From NCBI GenBank assembly GCA_963818215.1, contig CAWFRL010000001.1, positions 163,151 to 227,150 of the forward strand: a stretch of DNA of 64,000 nucleotides. Reading direction: 5' to 3'. Positions within the stretch are counted from its first letter, which is position 1, and each line of letters starts with the position of its first letter. Below the pieces are notes generated by a model. That model made no database searches. It saw nothing but the letters and a program-made list of their open reading frames with translations, and was not told the origin of the DNA. Origin of the DNA: Vicinamibacteria bacterium (GTDB lineage: Bacteria; Acidobacteriota; Vicinamibacteria; Vicinamibacterales; JAENWD01). Both the position numbers and the translations under genes were made by a program. Of this stretch, positions 53,644-62,991 are shown one piece after another.

Positions 53644-56239
53644 CGGAGGCCTGCGCCTCGAGCGGCAACGAGACATACGCTGACGCGCCGCCACCGGCCG
53701 CGTTGGCTGCCCACGCACGGCCCCCGTGGGCTCCGACGATTGTCCGCGACGATCGGCAGCCCCATCCCCATGCCGGAGGGTTTGGTGGTGAAAAATGGCT
53801 CGAACAAGGCCTCGGGCTCTTCGCCAACGCCGTGTCCGGTGTCGTGTACCACCACGAGCGCCGCCTCGTACGCGGATTCCGTGGTGATGGTCACCACACG
53901 GTGAGGCGGCTCGACCGCTGCCACGGCATCCATGGCGTTTGCGATGAGGTTCAGCAGCGCCTGTGCCAGCTGCACGCGGTCGCCAATCACGACGAGCGGC
54001 GTGCTCGTCAGGTGCGTGGTGAGTTGAATGCTTCGCACTCACCGCGTCGCTGTGCACCAGGTTCACGACGTCCCGCACGATGGCGTTGACGTCGACGCGC
54101 ACCTGCTCGGCCGGGCCCTTGCGAAGCAGCTCGCGAAGCCGCTGAATCACATCGCCTACGCGACGGTCGTCCTCGACGATGGCGCGAAGGATGCCGGAGA
54201 GGGCCTGCAGGTCGACATCGGGTGACGCCACCATGCGCTGCGGCCTCCTGGGCGTTGGCTCAGAATGCCGGTGAGCGGCTGGCTGACCTGGTGCGCGAGC
54301 GAGGCCGCGAATTCTCCCATGGCCGCCACTCGCGTGACCTGCGCCAGCTCCTCGCGGCTGCGCTGCGCGGAGCGTTCGGCGCGACGGCGCTGGGTGATCT
54401 CGGTGTGGGTCACGACGGCGCCGCCGTCGGCCCCGCCAAGCGGCACGACGGTCACGCGTGAACCAGCGATCGAGCGCGAGCGGACGCGCGCAGTACTCGA
54501 CCGGTCACGCCGGGGCTCGGTCCGGCCAGCACCACGTCCACGCCGTCGATGACGGCGCGGGCCTGAGACAGCCCTGCCCGCTCGACGGCGCGACAGTGCT
54601 CCGAGGTAGGAGCTCGACATCGGACCGGCCAGGGTGAGCGAGACTGCGATCGGCGCCAGCCCGCTCCCACTGCTGGTTGACGGCGACGACCTCGCCGCGC
54701 CGGTCGAGCACCGCCACCGCATTGGGCAAGGCGGCGAGGATGCCCGACTTCATCGCCTCGCTCTCGCGCAGCGCGCCGTCGGTCTGCTTTCTCGCAAGCG
54801 CGTTGCCGAAGACGTCGGCAGCCTGCCGCAGACGGTCGAGGACCTCCTGATCGCGCTGCCAGCCATCGGCCATCGCGAGACAGACCAGCCCGCCGATGAC
54901 CAGTCCGCCGACGACCAGCGGCATCGCCAGCGCGCGCGCACCGCGTGCTTCCAGCGTTCGACGGTCCGACGCCGCCTCGGCGGCAGTTCGTCCAGCGGCC
55001 ATGGCGACGTCTCGCTCGCCGAGCAACTGCGCCATCGACCACGGGCAGGACTCGCCCAGCGAGGTCATCCACGGCCTGGTGCGCTCGAGCGCGGTCCACG
55101 TCGCGACGGTCTGCGCGCGCCGCCGCCGGGCCGGAAACTCGAGCAGGACGAGGCCATCGAGGCCGATGAACCGGCCGAGGCGTTCAAGCGACGCCTCGAA
55201 GGCGCCAGGGATGTCGGCGGTTGGCACGTGCACGAAGCTCGCCGACACGCGCGCCAGCACCGCCTCGAACTCCAGCCGGTCGGCCAGGTCGACTCTGGCG
55301 CGGTAGCGCTCCTCGACCAGCGCGGCCAGGCACAGCAGCGGGATGGCGAGCATGATCAGAAACGCCTGCAGCGTCAGGACAGAGGCCTCTGCGGCGGCCG
55401 GGCTCGGTGTAGGCCGCATGGGCGATCGCGCTGTAGCACCGCCGACAATGCGGTCACGCAGCAGGGACAGGCTCGCGCCGGCAGTGCCGAACCTGACAGC
55501 GGCCCACAACAGGAACGGCAGCACGAGGACGAGCGGGGTGTGCACGGTGACCGGCAACCCGCCGACACGCACGACCAGGGGCGAGACGGCGAACTGGGCT
55601 GCCGTCGACCACGAGGCCGTCAGCGCTCCGGCTTCGAGCCAGCGACGCGGATGCGTCTGGCGGATCCATCGCGGAAGGTGCAGCCACAACACGAGCATCG
55701 CCGGCAGCAGCGCCAGCGTGGTCATGACGTTGGAGGCCACCCGCCGGCGCACGACGAGCGCGAAGGGCTCGCCCTGGAGCCAGTTCACCGCGCGGCGTCG
55801 GGAAACGACGACAGCAGCGGCGCGCCGACCGCCACGACGACGATGAACAGAGTCATGTGGCGCAGCGAGTCGATGCGGGGAGGCGTGCCACCAGCCAGCG
55901 GAAGGCACCGGCGCCAGCAATGGCCTCGAGGGAGTTGGTCGCGAAGAACGCGACGATGAGAAGCGGCGGCCAACCCGTGGCCGCCCTGAACGGCAAAGTG
56001 CGCCGACAGCGCCGCGGCAAGGCACCACGCCCACCGGCGCGGTGGGCGTCAGCATCAGCGCCAGCGTGAGGATGATGTTGGGCGGCCACATCACCGACGT
56101 CGTCGCCGGCGGAATGCGAAGGGCGAGGCCGACGCGCGACGCGATGTAGTACGCCGCGCACACGCCCACCATCAGCAGCGCCAGCCTGGTGGGGCCGGCG
56201 ATTCGGGAGGGTCGGCGTGCGCGCAGAGCTCAGTGCCAC
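53636..56239 (-). CDS. sensor histidine kinase (MASE1-like membrane domain, GAF/PAS region, HisKA, HATPase_c), at least 6 frame breaks; start 56172-56239
   Basis: YYIASRVGLALRIPPATTSVMWPPNIIL (MASE1-like). ESEAMKSGILAALPNAVAVLDRRGEVVAVNQQW (PAS). MGEFAASLAHQVSQPL (H-box). LLNLIANAMDA, DTGHGV, FEPFFTTKPSGMGMGLPIVRTIV. Stop 53636-53638 lies inside the mobA start region. Confidence 0.8.
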
Positions 56240-56251
56240 CGCGTCCGCCAG

Positions 56252-57908
56252 TCAGGGAGACGGTGAGAGACTCCGATCGATTCCCAGCAGGCGCCACCCG
56301 TCACCGCGGCGCCTGAAGTAGACGTCGACGGGGCGCGCGCCGTCGGAACCGGTCGCGGCGATCGTGATCTTCACGATGGCTCCGTCCTCCACTGGCAACG
56401 GCGACGGCGGCTCGAGCGATCCCGATCCGCGTGATGCGCCGAGAGGCTGAGTGGCATCGGTCCCGTTCTCATAGCGGAACCACCGTGCCTCGAAGCCGGC
56501 TTCGGGCGTGGCCACGCCTGCCGCCACCGCTTCATCGACAAACGTGAGGCGGCCAGCGCCGTCGAGCGCAAAGCGCGAGAGCGAGCTGACCTGGCGCAGG
56601 TAGGCGCGCGCAATCTTGTCGCGTCGTTTGATCAAGACGTCGCCAAGCAGCCGCTCGGCCGCAGGGTCTTCGTACTCACCCTGCTTGACCGCGGCGCGTA
56701 TCAGTTCGTCAGAGAAGGCCGCGACACGCAGCGCCGCCCAGAACGTATCGGCGGCATCCGCGCGCACGAAGGCGGCGGTGGGCACGCGGGGGCGCCACGC
56801 AGCCGGATCGAACCGGTCGCCCTCGAAGCGCCCGACCTCCGGCAGCTCCTGATACGGGATCGTCTGCCAGGGCCGCACGAAAAACCCGAAGCTCACGAGC
56901 CGCTTCCACATCGGCGTGCCTTCGTACAGATACTCGTAGCCCTCGTCCCACTCGCGCGGCCCGAGGGCGCCGGCGCCAAAGGTCGATCCGACGTCCTGCA
57001 GATAGTGCCGCACGATGCCACGGCCCTCGGCGCTGATGACGGTATCGAGCGTGTTGCCGGCCTTCATGTCGACCAGGTTGGTCCACGCGCCAAAGACTTT
57101 CAGCGCGCGCAGCTCGCGGCGGTGCTCGTGGGCGACCACGTCGTTGGGGTCGTCGGCGCGGGTGCCGTAGTACTTGAAAGGTCCGATCACCTTGCCCGGC
57201 ACCAGCAAACCTGCCGTCGCGCGATAGGTGCCGTCGGCGTCACGTGCCGCCCGCGCCAGCACGTCGTCGACATCGCCAGGCCGCATCGGGCGCTTGTGCT
57301 CCGCCCGCGTTTCGATGGTGGCGCCCTCGTCGATGGTGAGGTCGTCGCGTCGCAGGCGCAGCAGATGGGTTTCGATCTGGTTGTAGCCGAGCGCCCAGAA
57401 CAGCCGCACGGCCACGGCGACTGCGCTCGTCGCGGCACGCGGATGCCCGGCGGTATCGAACTGCACGAACCAGCGCACACCGCGGCTGTCGCGTGCCGTG
57501 AAGCCCGGCGACACGCCGCTGGTCTTGGCGCTCACGATGGTCCAGCGGCCCGGATGCCGGCGGCGGCGAGGCATTCGGACCCCGGGCGATCTCGTCGACG
57601 CTGACCGGCCGGGCGTAGATGCGGTTGGTGAACCAGCCCGAATCGGGAACCTCGTCGACGGTGTTCACGTTGACGGCCCGGACGTTGGCCGCGATGTCGC
57701 CCGGCCGGGTGAACAGGTTCAAGAGCAGGTCGGGCGCCAGCTCGATGTCCCTGTACTTCGCGCCGGACGCATCCTGGGTCTCGGGCTCGCGCGACAGCGG
57801 GTCGTCGGAGAAAAATCGCGGCTGCGCCGGGCCCTGCGCGCCAGCCAGGACGCTGCCGGCCAGCAGCAGGACCGAAAGGACCAACCAACGGGAAGAAGGC
57901 GCCGCCAT
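56252..57908 (-). CDS. secreted hypothetical protein with protein-kinase-like catalytic-loop motifs, frame broken near 57560
   Basis: ATG 57908 gives signal MAAPSSRWLVLSVLLLAGSVLAGAQG. SGWFTNRIY. WTNLVDMKAGNTLD (D-x-K-x-x-N) followed 25 residues later by YLQDVGSTFG (DxG). No family name recalled. Confidence 0.4.
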
Positions 57909-59095
57909 CAGAACGCCGCGCTCGACGAGAACACCGTGTTCCACCCCTCACTGCCCTTGGCCAGCTCGATCCGGATCACCGTGAGGCTCGGGCCGTGCAG
58001 GCGCAGGCCGATGCCGGCGTTGTGTTCGAGACCGGAGAAGCTCAGGTCGGCGCGGCGCGACGTCACCTTGCCGGTGTCGTAGAACAGCGCCATGTCCATG
58101 CCGAGGCGATTGGGAATCCAGCGAAACTCGCCGGAAGCCAGCAGGCTGTGCCGATCGCGGAAGCGCCGGCTGTTGAACGCGCGCAAGGTGCTGCTGCTGC
58201 CCAGTGACGGCATCAGGAAGTACGGCACGACATCGTCGTCGTCAACCGTCGTCTGCATGCGCGCGCGCAGCGACACGACCCAGGTTTCCCGAAGCAGCGG
58301 GATGTGCTGGACGCCCTCGACGTCGACCAGGTTGAAGCTGTAGGTGTGGTCGGGATCGATGTAGCTCACCAGTCCGGTCCCCAGGTAGCTGCCGACGCGC
58401 GAGTAGCCCGGCGTCGTCCTGGTATCGAATCCGACCCGCAGGTCCGTGTGCAGGAACGACGGGCTGTCGCCGAGCCCGGGGGCGGTCGCAGGCGTGTAGG
58501 CGTCGGTCACCGACTGCCGGTCGCCGGTCGGGTCTTTCAGCGAGTAATCCTCGAACCCTGCGGCAGCGCTTGCCCGAAACCAGGACGACGGCCGCCACAT
58601 GCCGGTAACCTGCGCGAAGGCCTGCTGGAACCTGAAGTCGGCGCGGTCGGAGACGTCCGTGTCCATGCCGAGGCCGTAGTAGCCGACCCGCGTGGCGTCA
58701 CGCCATCCCACGGTGGCGCCAAAGGTGACACGCTCCTTGGGATGCACGCTGGACACCACGTCGAACTCGATCAGCTTGTACCGCTTGGTGGAATACAACC
58801 CGCGGACGATCCAGAGCGAGTGGTCCGCGAATGCCCGCCGGTACCCGGCGCCGAGCGTGAAGCCGCCACCGCCGTAGACGCTGTCGAAGTACGGGATGAA
58901 GCCGCTGGGGCGTTCGGTGAGCAGCCGCTGCTGGATCCAGTCGGTCACCAGCTCGGCCTTGGACAGTACCTGCGGGGCGTTTGCCGCGGCCTTGGCCGCC
59001 TGTTGCGCTGCAATCAATCCGGCGCGCGTTTCCTGCGCGTGCGAGGACGGTGCCAGCGCCAGCAGGAGCGACGTGATGACGAGTGGTCGAACCAC
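57908..59095 (-). CDS. Omp85/surface-antigen-type outer-membrane beta-barrel protein
   Basis: Signal MVRPLVITSLLLALAPSSHAQ, alternating beta-strand pattern, GEFRWIP, GIGLRL, terminal aromatic residue (SSSAAF). Intact 395 codons. Stop overlaps the next start (ATGA at 57908). Confidence 0.55.
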   Translation of the reverse strand: MVRPLVITSLLLALAPSSHAQETRAGLIAAQQAAKAAANAPQVLSKAELVTDWIQQRLLTERPSGFIPYFDSVYGGGGFTLGAGYRRAFADHSLWIVRGLYSTKRYKLIEFDVVSSVHPKERVTFGATVGWRDATRVGYYGLGMDTDVSDRADFRFQQAFAQVTGMWRPSSWFRASAAAGFEDYSLKDPTGDRQSVTDAYTPATAPGLGDSPSFLHTDLRVGFDTRTTPGYSRVGSYLGTGLVSYIDPDHTYSFNLVDVEGVQHIPLLRETWVVSLRARMQTTVDDDDVVPYFLMPSLGSSSTLRAFNSRRFRDRHSLLASGEFRWIPNRLGMDMALFYDTGKVTSRRADLSFSGLEHNAGIGLRLHGPSLTVIRIELAKGSEGWNTVFSSSAAF

Positions 59096-59115
59096 GCCGA
59101 CATTCTAAGCGGCAA

Positions 59116-59868
59116 TTATCTTCGTCGGAGTCGAGACTTTTCGCTCACGGCCTTCTTGAGGGATTGAATCTCGGCCGCGGTCAGGTCGCGCACCTGACCC
59201 GGACGCATGCGGTCGTCTCGCAGCGGGCCAATGCGCACACGTGTGAGGCGCTGGACCGGGTGCCCCACCGCCTCGCACATCCGCCGCACCTGGCGGTTGC
59301 GTCCCTCGCGTATGGTGAGCATCAGCACCGCCGACTGCGCCGCGACGTCGCGGTCGGCCGGCGCGACGCGCACGACCGCCGGCGCCGTGCGCCGCCCGTC
59401 GAGCACGACCCCGCGCGCCAGGCGGTCCAGCGCGCGGGTGTCGGGGACGCCGGCGACCTGCGCGCGATACTCGCGCTCGACCTCGTGGCTCGGGTGCGTC
59501 AAGGCGGCCGCGAGATCGCCGTCATTGGTCACCAGCAGCAAGCCCTCCGAGTCGTAGTCCAGGCGGCCGACGGGATAGACGTACTCGCGGACGCTGCCAA
59601 GCAGGTCCATCACGGTCTTGCGCTTTTGCGGGTCGTTCCGCGTCGTGACGTACCCGCGGGGCTTGTAGACCAGCAGGTAGCGCAGCGTCTGCACCGGCTT
59701 GATGCGGCGGCCGTCCACGCGAATCTCGTCGGCGGCAGGATCGGCCTTCGTGCCCAGCGCGGTGACCGTGGCGCCGTTCACTGACACGCGGCCCTGCTGG
59801 ATCAGCTCCTCGGCCGTGCGTCGGGAGGCCACGCCCGCCGCCGACAACACCTTCTGCAGTCGTTCCAT
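59116..59868 (-). CDS. rluB: 23S rRNA pseudouridine synthase (RluB/RsuA family) with S4 domain
   Basis: MERLQKVLSAAGVASRRTAEELIQQGRVSVNG, YLLVYKPRGYVTT, VGRLDYDSEGLLLVTNDG, REGRNRQVRRM. Intact frame. Confidence 0.85.
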   Translation of the reverse strand: MERLQKVLSAAGVASRRTAEELIQQGRVSVNGATVTALGTKADPAADEIRVDGRRIKPVQTLRYLLVYKPRGYVTTRNDPQKRKTVMDLLGSVREYVYPVGRLDYDSEGLLLVTNDGDLAAALTHPSHEVEREYRAQVAGVPDTRALDRLARGVVLDGRRTAPAVVRVAPADRDVAAQSAVLMLTIREGRNRQVRRMCEAVGHPVQRLTRVRIGPLRDDRMRPGQVRDLTAAEIQSLKKAVSEKSRLRRR

Positions 59869-59869
59869 G

Positions 59870-60679
59870 TCAGCGGTGCGCCTCGAGGCGCTCGGCAATG
59901 GCTTGCCTTCTCGGGTCCACCGGCTCGTCGAGCGGATCGACCGCGCCTTCGCCGGTGATCACCGCGCGGTCTTCTTCGGTGGCGGGCTCGTCGGGTGTGG
60001 AAGCGTCGCCTGCTCGGCCAGTCCCACCGGCGGCTCGAAGCCCAGCGCGTCGGCCATGTCTTCGACCTTCGGCAGGTCGGTGAGGTCCTTCAGGCCGAAC
60101 CGATCCAGGAATTCGCGCGTCGTCCCGTAGAGGAACGGACGGCCGACCACCTGCTTGCGGCCCGTGATCTTCACCAGGCCGCGCTCGAGCAGCGTGCCGA
60201 CGACGCCGGTCGTGTTGACGCCGCGGATCTCGGTGACTTCCATCGCCGTGATCGGCTGCTTGTAGGCGATGACGGCCAGCGTCTCGAGTGCCTGCACCGA
60301 CAGCTTCTGCGACGTGCGCTCGTGGAACAACCGGCGGACCCACTCGTGCAGCTCCGGCCTGGTGACGATCTGATAGCCGCCGGCGACCTCGACACACTGC
60401 AGCCCGCCGGAATGCGAGTAGCGCCGCGCCAGCTCGGCCAGGGCCGCCACGCACGTCCTCTTTCGGCTCGGTGTCGAGCACCTTGCACAGCTGCTTCAGC
60501 GTGATCGGATCCGGCGAGGCGAAGACGAGCGCTTCGACGATCCCCACCAGCCCGAGGCATCCGCGGTCGCCGGCTCGTCGTCTGCGCGCCGGCGCGGTGA
60601 TCAACGAGTCGACGGAGACGCCTCGCCCTGCTGCCAGCCGTCGCTCGTCAGATTCTGGGATGTGCGTCTCGTCGCTCAC
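59870..60679 (-). CDS. scpB: SMC-ScpAB complex subunit ScpB, frame broken near 60460 and 59990
   Basis: GTG 60679 overlaps the scpA stop (GTGA). IVEALVFASPDPITLKQL, GGYQIVTRPE, LSVQALETLAVIAYKQPITAMEVTEIRGV, GRPFLYGTTREFLDRFGL. Confidence 0.85.
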   Translation of the reverse strand: MSDETHIPESDERRLAAGRGVSVDSLITAPARRRRAGDRGCLGLVGIVEALVFASPDPITLKQLCKVLDTEPKEDVRGGPGRAGAALLAFRRAAVCRGRRRLSDRHQAGAARVGPPVVPRAHVAEAVGAGTRDAGRHRLQAADHGDGSHRDPRRQHDRRRRHAARARPGEDHGPQAGGRPSVPLRDDARIPGSVRPEGPHRPAEGRRHGRRAGLRAAGGTGRAGDASTPDEPATEEDRAVITGEGAVDPLDEPVDPRRQAIAERLEAHR

Positions 60680-61528
60680 GACTCGGTCTCCGGCTTCTTG
60701 GGGTGGTGCGCGTCGTACACCGCTTCGGGATCCATGATCGGATGCGGCGCATCCTGCGGCCGCGCGCGCTTGTACACGCGAATCGGCCCGAACGACCCGG
60801 CCTGGAACACGCGTATCAGCTTCAGCCGAATCATCTCGAGCAGCGCGAGGAACGTCACGATGAGCGCCGGGCGCGAGTTGGCATCCGCAAACAGCTCTTC
60901 GAAGCCGCACCGCCTCGGTTTCCGACAGCCGCTCGAGCAGCTGCTCGATGCGCTGCTCGATCGACATCTGCTCGGGCGGCAGCAGCATCTGCGGCCGTGC
61001 CTTGGCCCGCTCGAGCACGCCGCGGAACGCCGCCAGCAGGCTGAACAGGTCCACTTCGAGCTCGGGCTCGTAGTCGTCGCCCGCCACGTCGGCCACGGCG
61101 CGCGTCGGGCCGGTGCTACTGCGCGGCGCGCAGCGTCTGGCGCTCGTGCAGCAGCTCGGCGGCCGCCTTGAACTTCTGGTGCTCGAGCAGCCGGCGGACC
61201 AGCGCCTCGCGCGGGTCCTCTTCGTCTTCTTCGCCGGGGATGTCCGCGGTCGGCCGGGGAATCAGCAGCCGCGACTTGATGTGGATCAGCGTCGCGGCCA
61301 TGACGATGAACTCGCCGGCGACATCGAGGTTCAGCTCCTGCATCAGCGGCGAGGTACTGCAGGTACTGCTCGGTGATGAGGGCGATCGGGATGTCGTAGA
61401 TGTTCACCTCGCTGCGTCTTGATGAGGTGAATCAGGAGGTCGAGCGGCCCCTCGAAGCTGTCGAGCTTGACGGGATACGCCTCGAGGGCGGACTCGAACT
61501 CTCGCGGCGGCTGCTCGGGCTGGCGCAT
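60676..61528 (-). CDS. scpA: segregation and condensation protein ScpA, about 4 frame breaks
   Basis: ATG 61528: [104 protein letters not shown]. Confidence 0.85.
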
Positions 61529-61533
61529 CGCAT

Positions 61534-62545
61534 CTACGTAGGTACCTTGCAGCTTCATCGCGTCTCTGACGCGCTCCATCGTCGCCGCGGCTTCCGCGCG
61601 CGCCTTCTTCGATCCCTCGAACAGCACGTCGCGCAATAGCCAGGCCGCGCCAGCGCCGCCGGCGCGCCGCTCGCGCATCGGATCGAGCATCGCGTTGACG
61701 GCGGTCGCCAGCTTCGTCTTGACCTCCACGTCACCCACTTTGCCAAGACGATAGCGCGTCTTCAAGTCCTCGACCTCGTCGAGGTTGGGGTTGAAGGCGT
61801 CGTGGTAGAGGAACACGGGGTTGCCTTCGACCGTGCCCGGGATATCGGCGCGGATCCGCTTTGGATCCGTGTACATCTGCCGCACCTTCTTCTGCACCGT
61901 CACCGCATCGTCAGACAGGTCGATGGTGTTGCCGTAGCTCTTGCTCATCTTCCGGTTGTCGAGCCCGGGCAGCCGCGGCACCGGCGTGAGCAAGGCCTGC
62001 GGCTCGGGGAACACCTCGCCGTAGAAGTTGTTGAACCGGCGCACGATCTCGCGCGACAGCTCCAGGTGCGGCACCTGGTCGTCGCCAACCGGCACGAAGT
62101 TGGCGTGGTAGACGATCACGTCGGCCGTTTGCAGCAGCGGATAGCCGAGGAAGCCAAACGAGGACAGGTCGCGCTCGGTGAGCTGCTCGATCTGCTCCTT
62201 GTAGGTGGGCACACGCTCGAGCCACGGAATCGGCGTGATCATCCCGAGCAGCAACGCCAGCTCGGCATGCTCGGGCACCAGCGACTGGATGAAGAGCGTC
62301 GAGCGCTCGGGGTCCAGCCCGGCGGCGATCCAGTCGGCGGCGTTGTCGAGGGCGCTGTCGACAATCTCGCCGGTATCGGCGTAGTGGCTCGTCAGGGCGT
62401 GCCAGTCGGCCACGAAGTAGTAGCACCGGTAGGTCTCCTGCAGGGCGACCCAGTTCTTGAGGGCGCCCACCAGATGTCCGAGGTGCAATTTGCCGGTTGG
62501 GCGCATGCCCGAGACGACACGACGACGGTTAGCGGGTTCGGTCAC
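61534..62545 (-). CDS. trpS: tryptophan--tRNA ligase; the stop codon is not in frame in this assembly, so the ORF runs on into scpA
   Basis: GTG 62545: [18 protein letters not shown] (HIGH-type), [34 protein letters not shown] (KMSKS). Homology ends at [10 protein letters not shown] one-base change near 61545 would expose TAG at 61534-61536. Confidence 0.9.
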
Positions 62546-62573
62546 GATGCAAACGTGTAGCGTACGACGAACG

Positions 62574-62588
62574 TTGCGACTGTCGCAA
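62574..62588. promoter_or_regulatory. perfect 7-1-7 palindrome upstream of trpS (operator or 5' hairpin candidate)
   Basis: TTGCGAC-T-GTCGCAA at 62574-62588, 29-43 nt upstream of the trpS GTG. On the minus strand TTGCGA, an 18-nt spacer and TACGCT could also be read as a weak promoter. Confidence 0.3.
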
Positions 62589-62597
62589 GAAATTAGT

Positions 62598-62657
62598 GGG
62601 ATTTGATTGGATTGCGCAGGCCAATCATCCGCAGATTTCGCAGATTTCGCAGATGCT
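62598..62657. repeat. short arrays GATTG x3 and GCAGATTTC x3
   Basis: gggatttgattggattgcgcaggccaatcatccgcagatttcgcagatttcgcagatg, upstream of trpS. This is the last normal-looking sequence before the compositional break. Confidence 0.75.
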
Positions 62658-62738
62658 GCCTGGGTGATTAGACGACTAGCGCCGGCGGGAGGTCGGCTGT
62701 TTGTGGAGAAGGGTGATGATTAGATACTATGGTTGCGC

Positions 62739-62991
62739 TTTGATGGGTGGTTGGTGGGTTGTGTTTGTTGGGTGGGGGGTGTGTGTGTAGTTGTTGTGGT
62801 TTTGTGTGTGATGTGTGTGTGGTGTGTTGTGTGTGTTTGGTGTGTGGTTTGGTAGTTGTGTTATGTTTTTGGTAGTGTGTAGGTTTGTTTATGGTTGGGG
62901 TGGAGATTGTGTTTTGGATAGTAGAGTTTTGGTGGTGTTGTTGTAGAGGGTTGTTGTGTTTGGTGGTGTTGGTTTGTATGATTGTGGTGGG
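62739..62991. other. 253-nt tract with no cytosine on the plus strand (about 93% G+T)
   Basis: Hand count: the last C before the tract is at 62738 and the next is at 62992; about 18 A in between. Low-complexity GT/GGT/GTT runs with no clear period. Confidence 0.9.

Noticed and set aside
922-62545. Treating the frame-broken genes as genuine pseudogenes or programmed frameshifts
   Set aside because: Breaks hit essential genes, and the flanking protein sequence is undegraded. No slippery heptamer pattern recurs at the break points I inspected. Assembly indels are the simpler explanation, though this needs read-level confirmation.
1536-62657. Could the many short repeat arrays be CRISPR arrays?
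   Set aside because: Units are 7-9 nt and directly abutting, with no spacers. Arrays are 30-130 nt long and differ in unit sequence from locus to locus. No cas genes are present.
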